From a bacterium (lineage in GTDB: Bacteria; Auribacterota; Tritonobacteria; UBA1439): a stretch of DNA of 64,000 nt. Below, one piece after another: positions 8,549-17,726 of the stretch. The position numbers were made by a program, and so were the translations under genes. The notes beneath the pieces were generated by a model that saw only the letters and a program-made list of their open reading frames with translations, searched no databases and was not told the origin of the DNA. Every line of letters starts with the position of its first letter. Positions within the stretch are counted from its first letter, which is position 1. The stretch spans positions 119,647 through 183,646 of the forward strand of contig JAQUPF010000001.1 of NCBI GenBank assembly GCA_028716845.1. Direction: 5' to 3'.

Positions 8549-9223
8549 ATGCAGCCCGACACGACCGCCACGCCGGCCGAGGGGTTCGACGACTCCCTGC
8601 CCGTCGGCGCCATCGTCCATTACTACCGCGGCGCGATGACCCGGTCGAACGCCAGGCGGAACATCGTGGACAACACGACCGACTGGGCCGTGGCGGCCAC
8701 CGCCGGGATGCTGAGCTTCGGGATATCGGGGGAGGGGAGCCGGCACATCATCCTCTTCGCCGCCCACTTCTTCATCCTCATGTTTCTCATGATCGAGGCA
8801 CGACGCTACAGCTACTACATCGCCATCGACTGGCGCGTGCGGATGATCGAGCGGCACTACTACGCCAACGTGCTCCTCGGCCTGCCGGAGGCGGCGAGCG
8901 GGGCGTGGCGGCGGCGGCTCGCCGAGGAGATCCTGCACCCCCACCTGCCGCTCGACTTCTGGTCGTCGTTCAGCATCCGGCTGCGAAGGACCTACGTCTG
9001 GATCTTCCTCATCCTCAGCTTCGCCTGGGTGGCGCGCGTCGCGACCTACCCGCGGCCGGCCGCCTCCCTCGGCCTGCTCTGGGAGCAGTCGGGGATCACC
9101 GCCCTGCCGGGCTGGTGCCTCTGGGCCGCCCTCGCCCTCCTCTGGATCGTCTTCATCGCCGCCCTGCGGCGCAACCCGGCGGCGCGGCGGAAACTCGAGC
9201 GCGAGGGATTCGCGATCGGCTGA
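8549..9223 (+). CDS. Integral membrane protein, DUF2270-like
   Basis: The ATG immediately follows the upstream TAG. YYRGAMTRSNARRNIVDNTTDWAV followed by TM helices resembles DUF2270 as I recall it. Confidence 0.6.
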   Translation: MQPDTTATPAEGFDDSLPVGAIVHYYRGAMTRSNARRNIVDNTTDWAVAATAGMLSFGISGEGSRHIILFAAHFFILMFLMIEARRYSYYIAIDWRVRMIERHYYANVLLGLPEAASGAWRRRLAEEILHPHLPLDFWSSFSIRLRRTYVWIFLILSFAWVARVATYPRPAASLGLLWEQSGITALPGWCLWAALALLWIVFIAALRRNPAARRKLEREGFAIG

Positions 9224-9258
9224 CGAGCCGCCCGCGCGCCGGCGCAGCACGGAGAGCC

Positions 9259-10359
9259 ATGCACGAACGGACGCATCTCCCCGGTGAGCCCTGGCGGGCG
9301 GTCTTCCTCAACTCGATTTTGCCGGGGCTCGGCGAGTTCTCCGCCGGGATGCCGCTCAGGGGCGCCGCGTTCCTCGCGGGGGCGATCGGCCTCGCGGCCG
9401 CCCTCGCGGCGCGCCTGTACGCATTCATCTTCGTCCCCGCGGCCGCGACCGGCGTGCGGGCGATCGCAACCCTCGCGGCGCTCGCGGGCGCGCTCTTCCT
9501 CCTCGTCGTCGGCTCCTTCGTGGACGCGTACAGCGGCGTGAAACGCCGGAACAGGGAGCGCGGCCTCGCCATCCCGCCCGACCGGAGGAAGGCGCCCTGG
9601 TTGTCGGCGACGCTCTCCAGGTTCGTCCCCGGCCTCGGCCAGCTCTACAACGGCCGGTACGCGGCCGCGGGGCTCCATGCGGGGATCTGGCTCCTTCTCC
9701 TCTTTTTCCTCCACGCCTCCTGGCTCTTCGCGGCGGCGGGCGTCCTCGCGGTCCTGTCCATGGCGTCCGCCTACCGCGACGCCTCGCGGATCAACGGCGG
9801 CGCGGAGACGTTCCGCGGCGCGTTCGGCCCCCTTCCCCGGGCGGCCGTCGCCGCCGTCATCGTCGCCGGCTGCCTCCCCCTCCCCGCCCTCACGGGCCCC
9901 CACCTCTTCCGCGTGCACAGGATCGCCGGCGGGGCGATGCGGCCCGGCCTTCTTCCCAACGACAGGATCATCGTGGACACGGCGCTCTACCGCCTCGGCG
10001 GCATCAGGCGCGGCGACGTCGCGCTCTTCAAGGCGCCAGACCGGCCGGGGCAGTATTACACGAAGCGGATCGTCGGGATGCCGGGAGAGACGATCGAGAT
10101 CAGGGAGGGGAAGATCATCATCGACGGGGAGCCGCTCGTGACCGGGGGGGTCATCGACCGGATCCCCTACCGCAACTACGGCACCTGCTGCCTGCCCGGC
10201 GAGACCGTCCGCATCCCGGAGGGCCGCTACTTCTTCCTCGGCGACCGGATCGAGAACAGCCTGGACAGCCGCTTCTACGGCCCGATCCCCCTCGGCGAAT
10301 TCGGGGGGCGCGCGGTCAAGATCGTCCGCCCGCGCCGCCGCGCGGGGCCCGTCCTCTAG
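9259..10359 (+). CDS. Signal peptidase I (S26) homolog with an N-terminal multi-TM extension. The nucleophile position reads Ala.
   Basis: Box D YTKRIVGMPGE and box E LGDRIENSLDSRFYGPIP are present. Box B reads IAGGAMRPGL instead of SGSMxPTL. The N-terminal region has two PGLG(E/Q) motifs and about 5 TM. Confidence 0.8.
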   Translation: MHERTHLPGEPWRAVFLNSILPGLGEFSAGMPLRGAAFLAGAIGLAAALAARLYAFIFVPAAATGVRAIATLAALAGALFLLVVGSFVDAYSGVKRRNRERGLAIPPDRRKAPWLSATLSRFVPGLGQLYNGRYAAAGLHAGIWLLLLFFLHASWLFAAAGVLAVLSMASAYRDASRINGGAETFRGAFGPLPRAAVAAVIVAGCLPLPALTGPHLFRVHRIAGGAMRPGLLPNDRIIVDTALYRLGGIRRGDVALFKAPDRPGQYYTKRIVGMPGETIEIREGKIIIDGEPLVTGGVIDRIPYRNYGTCCLPGETVRIPEGRYFFLGDRIENSLDSRFYGPIPLGEFGGRAVKIVRPRRRAGPVL

Positions 10360-10368
10360 CGCCGCCCC

Positions 10369-10791
10369 TCACCAGTCCGCCCCGTGCGCGGGCGGCCGCC
10401 GCTGCCGCTTCTTCTCCGCGCGCGCCGCCTTCGCCGCGCGCATCCGCTCCTGCGCGCGGCGCGACCGCCGCCGCTTCTGCCGCCGGATCTTCTCCCGCAG
10501 GCGGCGCGCCTCGCTCAGCCGCCCCCGCCGGAGCTCCTCGATCCGCCCGACGATCCGCCGGCGGGCCCGGTACCGGTTCAGCGCGCGGGACCGCTCCTCC
10601 CCGCACTTCACCGCGACGCCCGTGGGGCGGTGGCGGAGGAAGACGCAGGTGGAGGCCTTGTTCACCTTCTGGCCGCCGGGGCCGGAGGAGCGGATGAACT
10701 TCTCCTCGAGATCCTCCTCGCGGATGCCGAGGAGCCGCATCCGATCGAGGAGCTCCCGCTCCTTCGGCGGCGACACGGGGAAGCGCGCCAT
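10369..10791 (-). CDS. RF-1 domain (GGQ) protein, ArfB-like peptidyl-tRNA hydrolase with a basic C-terminal tail
   Basis: Last 140 aa of ORF 10369..11145: FIRSSGPGGQKVNKASTCVFLRHRPTGVAVKCGEERSRALNR, followed by an R/K-rich tail. Confidence 0.8.
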   Translation of the reverse strand: MARFPVSPPKERELLDRMRLLGIREEDLEEKFIRSSGPGGQKVNKASTCVFLRHRPTGVAVKCGEERSRALNRYRARRRIVGRIEELRRGRLSEARRLREKIRRQKRRRSRRAQERMRAAKAARAEKKRQRRPPAHGADW

Positions 10792-10817
10792 GGGGGGCCG
10801 CGGCCGGCGGGGCCGGC

Positions 10818-11363
10818 TCAGAACAGGAAGACGGCGGCGGCGAGCACCGTCCGGAAATCGCCGGAGGGGCCGACCACCGCGGACTGGGTGACGTTCATGG
10901 CGCGCACCACCTTGTTGGAGATGTGGTAGACCTTCTTGAGCTCGTCCCAGCTCTTGTTCTCGTCGAACTCGAGGCCGAGCGTGCTCGCGAGCATCGCGAC
11001 GGCCATGTCCTCGGCGTTGTCCCCCGCGGTCTTCTCCGTCTCCCCGTAGGCGTGGTACTCGCTCAGGTAGCCGTAGAACCCCTTCGTCGGGACGGCGCAG
11101 CCGACGCTGGCGGAGACGAGCCGGTGCGGCTCGTTGGCGGAGCAACGGGCGAGGACGGTGAAGGTGATCTGGCCGGTGACGAGCTGCGCGAGCCCCTTCG
11201 CCCGGGAGATGATCTTGCAGCCGGGGGGGAGGATGCTCGAGACGGTGACGAGGTTGCAGCGCTCGATGCCCGCGTCCCGCAGGGCGAGCTCGAACGAGCG
11301 CAGCTCCTTCTTGTGCGTGCCGACGCCGTTGGTGAAGAAGACCTGCTTGGGAACGAGCAGCAT
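10818..11363 (-). CDS. pdaD: Pyruvoyl-dependent arginine decarboxylase
   Basis: MLLVPKQVFFTNGVGTHKKELRSFELALRDAGIERCNLVTVSSILPPG is the typical PdaD N-terminus, with the Ser-Ser self-cleavage site. Confidence 0.9.
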   Translation of the reverse strand: MLLVPKQVFFTNGVGTHKKELRSFELALRDAGIERCNLVTVSSILPPGCKIISRAKGLAQLVTGQITFTVLARCSANEPHRLVSASVGCAVPTKGFYGYLSEYHAYGETEKTAGDNAEDMAVAMLASTLGLEFDENKSWDELKKVYHISNKVVRAMNVTQSAVVGPSGDFRTVLAAAVFLF

Positions 11364-11421
11364 CGTGACCCCCCTTCGGCCCGTTCGGCCGCCGCGGAGA
11401 CCGGGCGCCGGGCCCGCGCCC

Positions 11422-12336
11422 CTATCGCCGCCGTGACCGCCGCGCCCCCGGCGGCGTCCGGCGCCCGAAGAAGATGTACCCCAGGAGACGGTAGACGAGC
11501 TTCGCGGCGAGGAAATCGGAGGCCACCCCCGGCGGCATCGGGCAGAGCTCCACGACGTCGAAGCCGACGACCCGGCGCGCGGCGCACGCCTCCCGCAAAA
11601 TGCCGATGACGTCGTACCAGCCGAGCCCGCCGGGCTCCGGCGTGCCGGTCGCCGGCACGACCGAGGGATCGAAGACGTCGAGGTCGACGGTGATGTAGAC
11701 CGGGTCGCCGAGGCAGGCGACGATCTCGCGCGGGTCGGTCCGGCGGGCGACGAGGTCCGCCGCGAAGAAGGTGCGGAGCCCCGCGGCCCCGCGGCGGAAC
11801 CGCGCCTCCTCGGCGCTCAGGCTCCTGATCCCCACCTGGACGAGCGTCCCCGCCTCGAGCGCCCGCCGGCCCGCGCAGGCGTGGCTGAACGGCGTCCCCT
11901 GGTACGAATCTCGGAGATCGGCGTGCGCGTCGAACTGGAGGACGGAGAGCCGGCGGTGACGCTTCTTCAGCGCCCGCAGCGCGCCGGCGGTGACCGAATG
12001 CTCGCCGCCGAGGACGACGGGGAGCTTCCCCGCGGCCGCGACCCCCCCGACGGCGGACTCGACGGCGGCGATCATCCGGGCGGGGGTCGACGCCTCCGTC
12101 TCGAGGGGATCCTGCGTGTGGATGCCGATCCTGAACGTCTCCACGCCCAGCTCCTCGTCATACGTCTCCATGTGCGTCGAGGCGGCGATGATCGCCGCGG
12201 GGCCGTTCCGGGAGCCGGCGACGTAGGTGGAGGTGAGGTCGTACGGCACCGGGATGACGACGGCGCGCGCCGTCCGCCACGAGGAGGAGCGCTCGGGAAG
12301 GCCGCAGAAGTTATGGGGCACTCGATCCGGTTTCAT
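11422..12336 (-). CDS. speB: Agmatinase (ureohydrolase family)
   Basis: Internal ATG at 12336 (MKPDRVPHNF). Mn-ligand motifs GGEHS, FDAHADL and DLDVFDP are present. Confidence 0.9.
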   Translation of the reverse strand: MKPDRVPHNFCGLPERSSSWRTARAVVIPVPYDLTSTYVAGSRNGPAAIIAASTHMETYDEELGVETFRIGIHTQDPLETEASTPARMIAAVESAVGGVAAAGKLPVVLGGEHSVTAGALRALKKRHRRLSVLQFDAHADLRDSYQGTPFSHACAGRRALEAGTLVQVGIRSLSAEEARFRRGAAGLRTFFAADLVARRTDPREIVACLGDPVYITVDLDVFDPSVVPATGTPEPGGLGWYDVIGILREACAARRVVGFDVVELCPMPPGVASDFLAAKLVYRLLGYIFFGRRTPPGARRSRRR

Positions 12337-12412
12337 CCCCGCACCCGGCGCGGCCGCGGAGGGACGCGCGGAGTGAATGGTATGAAAGTCCGGCCGGCGC
12401 GCGCAAGATGAA

Positions 12413-12847
12413 TCACGTACCGCGGGGGACATCGCCGCCCGCGCGCACCGGATCCTTCCCGCGGTCCCTCCTCCGCACCGCGCGGGTGTCGAGCGCACGC
12501 GCGAGGAGCTCGGCGACCTCGTCCATGTCGAACGGCTTCGTGATATAGTCGAAACACCCCTCCGCGAGCGACTCCCTGAGCGACTCGTCGGAGGGATAGG
12601 CGGTGAGGCAGAACACGATGACGTCCTCGTCCGTCTCCCGGATCTTCCTGAGGAGCTCCATGCCGTCCATCTGGGGCATCTTCAGGTCGAGGACGATGAG
12701 ATCGTACCCCCCGCTCCTGATCTTCTCGTAGGCGTCGACGCCGTCCACGGCGCCGTGGACCTCGTATCCCCGCTCCCCGAGCGCCCTGATGAAGATCTCC
12801 CGCACCCACGCCTCGTCGTCCGCGATGAGTATCCGTTCGCCGCCCAT
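12413..12847 (-). CDS. Stand-alone response regulator receiver protein (CheY-like)
   Basis: ILIADDE...DLIVLDLKMPQMDG...KPF are the canonical REC acidic pocket, Asp and Lys. Confidence 0.9.
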   Translation of the reverse strand: MGGERILIADDEAWVREIFIRALGERGYEVHGAVDGVDAYEKIRSGGYDLIVLDLKMPQMDGMELLRKIRETDEDVIVFCLTAYPSDESLRESLAEGCFDYITKPFDMDEVAELLARALDTRAVRRRDRGKDPVRAGGDVPRGT

Positions 12848-12937
12848 ACGTCCCCCCCCGTCGTCAGCGCACCGTCGCCATTCTACACGCGCCTTCGCCC
12901 GCTGTCTCCCCCCTTTCGCGCCGCCCCCCTGCCGCGC

Positions 12938-14395
12938 TCACTCCACCATGAAATCGGCGACGACCGGGAGGTGGTCGCTCGCCGTCGCGGTATCGGCCCT
13001 CCGGAGGCCGGCCGCGTCGAGGTCGGCGTCCGGCATGGAGGCGGTGCACAGCACGAAGCGGTTTCCCGCCGACGCCGCGGAATCGGTGTGGATCACGTAG
13101 TCGAGGCGGCCGGGTCCGAACCCCCTGCGATGGAAATGCACCCAGGTGTACACCTCGGCGGCGGCGATGTGCCGCGGGGAGAGGTCCGCCATCGGCGTCC
13201 CGTCCCAGTCCGGCGGGGCGGAGGGGCCGAAGGCCTCCTCGTCCGCGATTTGGCCCGTGAGCAGCGTCCGGAGCTGCCCGGCGCCGCCGACGAGATTGAG
13301 GTCGCCGGTGACGATCATCGGCGTGCCGACGGGGAGGGCCGCCTCGTGTCCCGGCGACTTGAGGTCCCGCAGGAGCGCGACGATCTCGTCGGCCTCCCGC
13401 TGCCGGCGCTCGTCCTTCGTGCCGCTCCCGAGGTGGGCGTTCACGACGAAGAGGTCGAGGCCGTGCCGGCCGTCGGGGAGGTCGATGAGCGCCCCCACGG
13501 CGCCCCGCAGCGGAACGGTCCGCGCGATCGGGTGCCGGCTCAGGGTGAAGCAGTCGATGTGGCTCGCGAGGTGCCAGGCGCCGCCCAGCATCCGCGTGAC
13601 GAGGGCACGGACCTCGTCGGGGCCGTGGCGCCGGATCTCCTGGAGGCAGAGGATGTCCGGATCGAGCGCCCGCAGGATCCGGGCGAACTCCTCCTCGCGC
13701 CTGAAGATGTTGTCCTCGTACACGTTCCAGGTGACGAGCCGGACGTGCCCCTCCGCCTCCCTCCCGATCCTCCCGGGTTCGACGCGGCGCGGGCGCCCTC
13801 GCCGCAGCCGCGCGCGCGCCGTCCGGCCCGCGTCCGGCGCGACGTCGCCGGCCTCGTCCCCCTCGTCGCGCAGGATCCAGGAAACGGTCCCCGACCGGAA
13901 GAGCGGAGGGATTCCCTCCGCGGGCGGCTCCTTGCGGAACTTGATCTCGAACTCCGACGACGTCACGGTGGGGGCCGTCACGAGGCCGATCTCGTAGGCG
14001 TTCACGGTCCGCGGGGAATCGCCGCGGTGCAGGGTGCCCCGCCGCCGTCCGAAGCGCCAGGAGAGGTCGGCGCCGATTCCGCCGACCGGGAGGCCGGTCG
14101 CGGCCGAGTCGTCGGTGTCCAGGTAGAGGACGATGTCGTTCCCCGACTGGAGGGAGATCTCCTTCCCGGTCTCGAAACGAATGAAGAGGGTGTCCCGGTC
14201 GTCGGCGATCCACACCCGGCCGAAATCGACGCCGGAGGGGCCGCTGTCCCCCGAAGGGTCGGCGTCGGCGGGGGCGATCCCGCGCCAGTCTTCGAAGCGG
14301 CCGTCGATCAGGATGGCCGGCGTCCCGGAGCGGCATCCCCCCGCGGCGCACAGGGCCGCCAGAAACAGCGCCGCCGCACAACGCGCGTGTCTCAT
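12938..14395 (-). CDS. Lipoprotein with a C-terminal endonuclease/exonuclease/phosphatase (EEP) domain
   Basis: Lipobox LAALCAAGGC. EEP motifs LVTWNV, LCLQE, NAHL, GDLN and SDHLPV are present. The N-terminal domain of about 200 aa is unassigned. Confidence 0.8.
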   Translation of the reverse strand: MRHARCAAALFLAALCAAGGCRSGTPAILIDGRFEDWRGIAPADADPSGDSGPSGVDFGRVWIADDRDTLFIRFETGKEISLQSGNDIVLYLDTDDSAATGLPVGGIGADLSWRFGRRRGTLHRGDSPRTVNAYEIGLVTAPTVTSSEFEIKFRKEPPAEGIPPLFRSGTVSWILRDEGDEAGDVAPDAGRTARARLRRGRPRRVEPGRIGREAEGHVRLVTWNVYEDNIFRREEEFARILRALDPDILCLQEIRRHGPDEVRALVTRMLGGAWHLASHIDCFTLSRHPIARTVPLRGAVGALIDLPDGRHGLDLFVVNAHLGSGTKDERRQREADEIVALLRDLKSPGHEAALPVGTPMIVTGDLNLVGGAGQLRTLLTGQIADEEAFGPSAPPDWDGTPMADLSPRHIAAAEVYTWVHFHRRGFGPGRLDYVIHTDSAASAGNRFVLCTASMPDADLDAAGLRRADTATASDHLPVVADFMVE

Positions 14396-14464
14396 CGCTC
14401 GCTCGCCGGGGTCATCATACAGGGAATCGGGCGGCCGCGCAACCGCCGCGTGCGCGCGGCGGCC

Positions 14465-15817
14465 TCAGAGGAGCCACTCGGCGATCGAGAAGTAGACGAG
14501 GACGCCGATGATGTCGCAGAGGGAGGTGACGAGCGGCGCGCTCGCCGCGGCGGGGTCCCGCCGGAGCCGCGTCAGGATGAACGGGAGCGACATCCCGATG
14601 ACGCTCCCGACGACGACCACCACCGCCATGGCGAGCGACGTGACGAGCGCCAGCCGGGGGCCGCCGCGATACAACCCGACGACGGAGACGGCCAGCCCCA
14701 TGGAGATGCCGAGCGCCGCGGCCGTGGCGAGCTCCCGGAGGATCATGCGCGCCCAGTCGCCCGCCCGGACGTCGCCCGTGGCGAGGGCGCGCACCATGAG
14801 CGTCGCCGCCTGGGTGCCCGCGTTCCCGCTGCTGTCGATGAGGAGGGGGAGGAAGAAGACGAGGGCGACGACCCGCGCGATCGTCGCCTCGAAGCACGCC
14901 ATCGCCGCGCCGGAGAAGAGGTTGACGAAGACGAGGAGGAGGAGCCACGAGATGCGCCGCCGGTAGAGGAGCGGGATCGGCGCGTCGCGGATGCTCGCGA
15001 TCATGCCGTCGCCCCGCTCGACGCTGACGGCCGCGATCTTCTGGAAATCCTCGCTCGCCTCGCGCTCCTGCACGTCCATGAGGTCGTCGACCGTCACGAT
15101 CCCGAGCAGGACGTTCTCGGAATCCACGACCGGGAGGGCGACGAGGTCGTAGCGACGGATGGTCCGGACCGCCTTCTCGCGGTCGTCGAAGGCCGACACG
15201 CTCACGAAGCTGCCGTCCATGATCTGCCCGACCTTCTCCTCGGTGTCCGCCAGAATGAACCGCCGGAGCTTGATGTCGTCCAGCAGCCGCCCGGATTCAT
15301 CCGTCACGTAGACCATGTTGACGGTCTCGCTGTCCTTCCCCCACCGCCGGATGTGGTCGAGCGCCTGTCGGATCGTCCACTCCGGCCGGACCGCCACGTA
15401 GTTCGGCGTCATCAGGCGCCCCACGCTCTCCTCCGGGTAGCCGAGGAGGCGGCTCGCCTCCCTGCGGTCTTCGGGGCCCAGGAAGTGGAGGAGGCGCCTC
15501 GTCACGGCGGCGGGCATCTCCTCGAGGAGGGCGGTCCGGTCGTCCGGCCGAAGGTCCGCCATGAGCTGGCCGGTCTCGCCGTCGGTCAGCTCCCTGAGGA
15601 CGACGTCCTGCTGCCGGCGGTCGAGGTAGGCGAAGACGTCGGCGGCGTGACGGCGAGGGAGGGCGCGGAAGAGGAGGACCCGGTCGTTCCGGTCGAGGCT
15701 CATGAGGAGGTCCGCCACCTCCGGCGGCGGCCACGCCGCGAGCCCCTCCTTCAGGGCAGGCCAGTTCCTCTCCCGGATGATGTCCCGGATGTCCGGGCCG
15801 AGCAGTTGCTTCAGCAT
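14465..15817 (-). CDS. mgtE: Magnesium transporter MgtE
   Basis: 450 aa with the N-domain, tandem CBS and a TM domain carrying PLLIDSSGNAGTQ. Confidence 0.95.
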   Translation of the reverse strand: MLKQLLGPDIRDIIRERNWPALKEGLAAWPPPEVADLLMSLDRNDRVLLFRALPRRHAADVFAYLDRRQQDVVLRELTDGETGQLMADLRPDDRTALLEEMPAAVTRRLLHFLGPEDRREASRLLGYPEESVGRLMTPNYVAVRPEWTIRQALDHIRRWGKDSETVNMVYVTDESGRLLDDIKLRRFILADTEEKVGQIMDGSFVSVSAFDDREKAVRTIRRYDLVALPVVDSENVLLGIVTVDDLMDVQEREASEDFQKIAAVSVERGDGMIASIRDAPIPLLYRRRISWLLLLVFVNLFSGAAMACFEATIARVVALVFFLPLLIDSSGNAGTQAATLMVRALATGDVRAGDWARMILRELATAAALGISMGLAVSVVGLYRGGPRLALVTSLAMAVVVVVGSVIGMSLPFILTRLRRDPAAASAPLVTSLCDIIGVLVYFSIAEWLL

Positions 15818-15981
15818 GGGAGAACGGCGTCAGCACATCGTGCGGACGCCCTCCGGGTGGTGCGATGATCGGCCGTCACGCGTCCCCTCCGAAGCAGGCC
15901 GGCGGTCACCCCTTCATGCGGGAGGGAGGACAACGGCGGAACAGGGCGGGGCGGCGGGAAGGGCCGGGGACGGCGAAGGCG

Positions 15982-16137
15982 TCACACGGTCGGGATGAAC
16001 CAGTCGGGATATCCCGGCGTCTTCTCCGTCTCCTGCTTCCGCTTGCCGTGACGGCGCGCCATCTTCTCCTGCGCCTTCTGCTTGCGCTTGAGCTCCTTCT
16101 GCCGTTTCATGTAGCTTTCCGGACCGCGCTTCGCCAT
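15982..16137 (-). CDS. Small basic protein (51 aa), unknown function
   Basis: Internal ATG at 16137 is preceded by AAAGGGGGAGCA. Sequence is MAKRGPESYMKRQKELKRKQKAQEKMARRHGKRKQ. Confidence 0.5.
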   Translation of the reverse strand: MAKRGPESYMKRQKELKRKQKAQEKMARRHGKRKQETEKTPGYPDWFIPTV

Positions 16138-16204
16138 TGCTCCCCCTTTCCCCCTGATTTCGCCGGAGCCCGCTCCCGAATCAACGCGGCCCCGCATCTC
16201 CGTG

Positions 16205-16290
16205 CTGTGTCACTTTGAACATTTTTGCTTTGAACTTTGACCCGTAGTTGCGCACGCCGGATTCCGCGACGCCATCCGAATTATACGCCG
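16205..16290. repeat. Partial copy of the TTCAAAGT-core repeat (ACTTTGAAC...CTTTGAACTTTGAcccGTAGTT), followed by ATTCCGCG/ATCCGAA heptamers
   Basis: Read directly. It has the same orientation as the copy at 19120-19160. Confidence 0.7.
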
Positions 16291-16416
16291 GATGTATCGC
16301 ATTCGCCAGTCAATAAACGCCCTGGTTGGAATAACCTGTTGCGATTAATGAGTCTATATTGCACTATCCGATTCCACGCAGCGAGATTACGCACAAGGAA
16401 TCGTTGGAGCTGAGAG

Positions 16417-16842
16417 ATGAAACCTCTGATTACACTGGCAATGCTTGGACTGCTCGCCGGGTGCGCCACCCGTCATACCGGACCTTCCGCCGCACCCCCC
16501 TCCGGAGCCGACATGACCCTCCACCAATTCAACTCGGACACCGGCCTCGGCGTCTGGCGAGTCGAGGATGACAGCGTCATGGGCGAGCGCTCCCGCGGAC
16601 GCCTCGCCATCAACGAAGCAGGCAATGCGCTGTTCAGCGGCGGAATCTCCCCCGACAACGGCGGCGGTTTCTCGTCGATTCAAACCGAATTCGGCCCCAT
16701 CGACGTCTCCGCCTATCGCTTCCTGTGCATCGGCCTCAAGGGCGACGGCAAGCGCTACCAGGTGCGCGTCGAGTCCACCCCGGTCGTGACGCTCGAGCGG
16801 AATCAATGGAAGGCAATCAGGATATGCCTTTTCTCCGCATAA
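16417..16842 (+). CDS. CIA30-domain lipoprotein, apparently 3'-truncated
   Basis: Lipobox LLAGC. WRVEDDSVMGERS...FSGGISPDNGGGFSSI...LKGDGKRYQV matches the CIA30 pattern. The C-terminal part of the domain seems to be missing. Confidence 0.65.
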   Translation: MKPLITLAMLGLLAGCATRHTGPSAAPPSGADMTLHQFNSDTGLGVWRVEDDSVMGERSRGRLAINEAGNALFSGGISPDNGGGFSSIQTEFGPIDVSAYRFLCIGLKGDGKRYQVRVESTPVVTLERNQWKAIRICLFSA

Positions 16843-17276
16843 GGGGAATCGCTGCATGTGCCGTCATCGTCATGCTTGCGGCAGTATTGCTCCGGCGGTC
16901 GATCGTCACATACACCGAGGTCGATCCTGAAATCGCCCGACATCTTCGGGATATCCTGGCTGTCGAGTATGCATCGCCGCTCTTGTCCGATACCGCGGAA
17001 GGCCTGCACGAACGGGATGCAGGCGCATTCGAAGACGCAGCCGAGAGAATGCTCACATGGCACACGACCTTCGCGGAAAGGATAACGTTCCCCTCCCTGA
17101 CTTCCAAGGTGAACGGGAGTCGGATCCTTGTACGAGCGGAGATTTTCGTGGACGGCCATCCACCGCCTGTCGGTAAATCCACCCGCTATTTCCAGTTCCA
17201 CCATTCCATGCTGTCGGGATACACCTATGACGCGGAGGTGGCGGCATTGAATTACCATCTCCCTTTCCTGGACTAG
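16824..17276 (+). CDS. Hypothetical membrane-anchored protein (150 aa) in the lower-GC segment
   Basis: ATG at 16824. N-terminal TM GIAACAVIVMLAAVLL. No family recognised. Confidence 0.4.
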   Translation: MPFLRIRGIAACAVIVMLAAVLLRRSIVTYTEVDPEIARHLRDILAVEYASPLLSDTAEGLHERDAGAFEDAAERMLTWHTTFAERITFPSLTSKVNGSRILVRAEIFVDGHPPPVGKSTRYFQFHHSMLSGYTYDAEVAALNYHLPFLD

Positions 17277-17540
17277 CCGCGATCAGAATTCGTGGAGACT
17301 GCTCGGGCGGTGGGCGAGGAGCATGGAGTGAAGCCGGGTGATCCGCTCAAGGCGCGCTCGCCATACCGGCCGCGCGGCGTATGCTCATTGAAACAGGGCA
17401 TCGGTTGAATATGCGTCACGAGCAAATATAGCCAATAGTCGAGGTCCGACCCTGATTCTCTTTCCAGCCGGCGGCTGAGCTTCACGTTGGGCAGAAAAGA
17501 AGATGATGCATATTCCCCGGACAATCAGTAAAATAAGTGC

Positions 17541-17726
17541 GTGATTCAGAAGACAGTGACGGTAAAAAGATTGAGCGAATCGTCCAGCCGTGATGACCTG
17601 GCGTTCTGGCGCAGGCGCGCTGCGTCGGATCGAATCGGGGCGGTGGAAACCCTGCGCAGACAGGCTCATGGAAGTCCAACCCGACTTCAGAGAACTGCTC
17701 GCGTTGTTCAACGAGCGCGGGATTGA
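17541..17726 (+). CDS. Small protein usually found upstream of a nucleotidyltransferase (possible antitoxin-like partner)
   Basis: GTG start. 61 aa, TVKRLSESSSRDDLAFWRRRAASDRIGAVETLRRQAHG...RLQRTARVVQR. The pattern resembles small partners I have seen in such pairs. It overlaps the next CDS by 59 nt in another frame. Confidence 0.4.
   Translation: MIQKTVTVKRLSESSSRDDLAFWRRRAASDRIGAVETLRRQAHGSPTRLQRTARVVQRARD

Noticed and set aside
12755-15868. 1037-aa plus-strand ORF
   Set aside because: It is antisense to the EEP lipoprotein and mgtE, which both have clear family motifs. Its composition is low-complexity R/P/G/E/D.
15818-15981. Possible M-box (Mg) riboswitch upstream of mgtE
   Set aside because: I could not find the conserved M-box core sequences on the minus strand by eye. 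A covariance-model scan would be needed to be sure.
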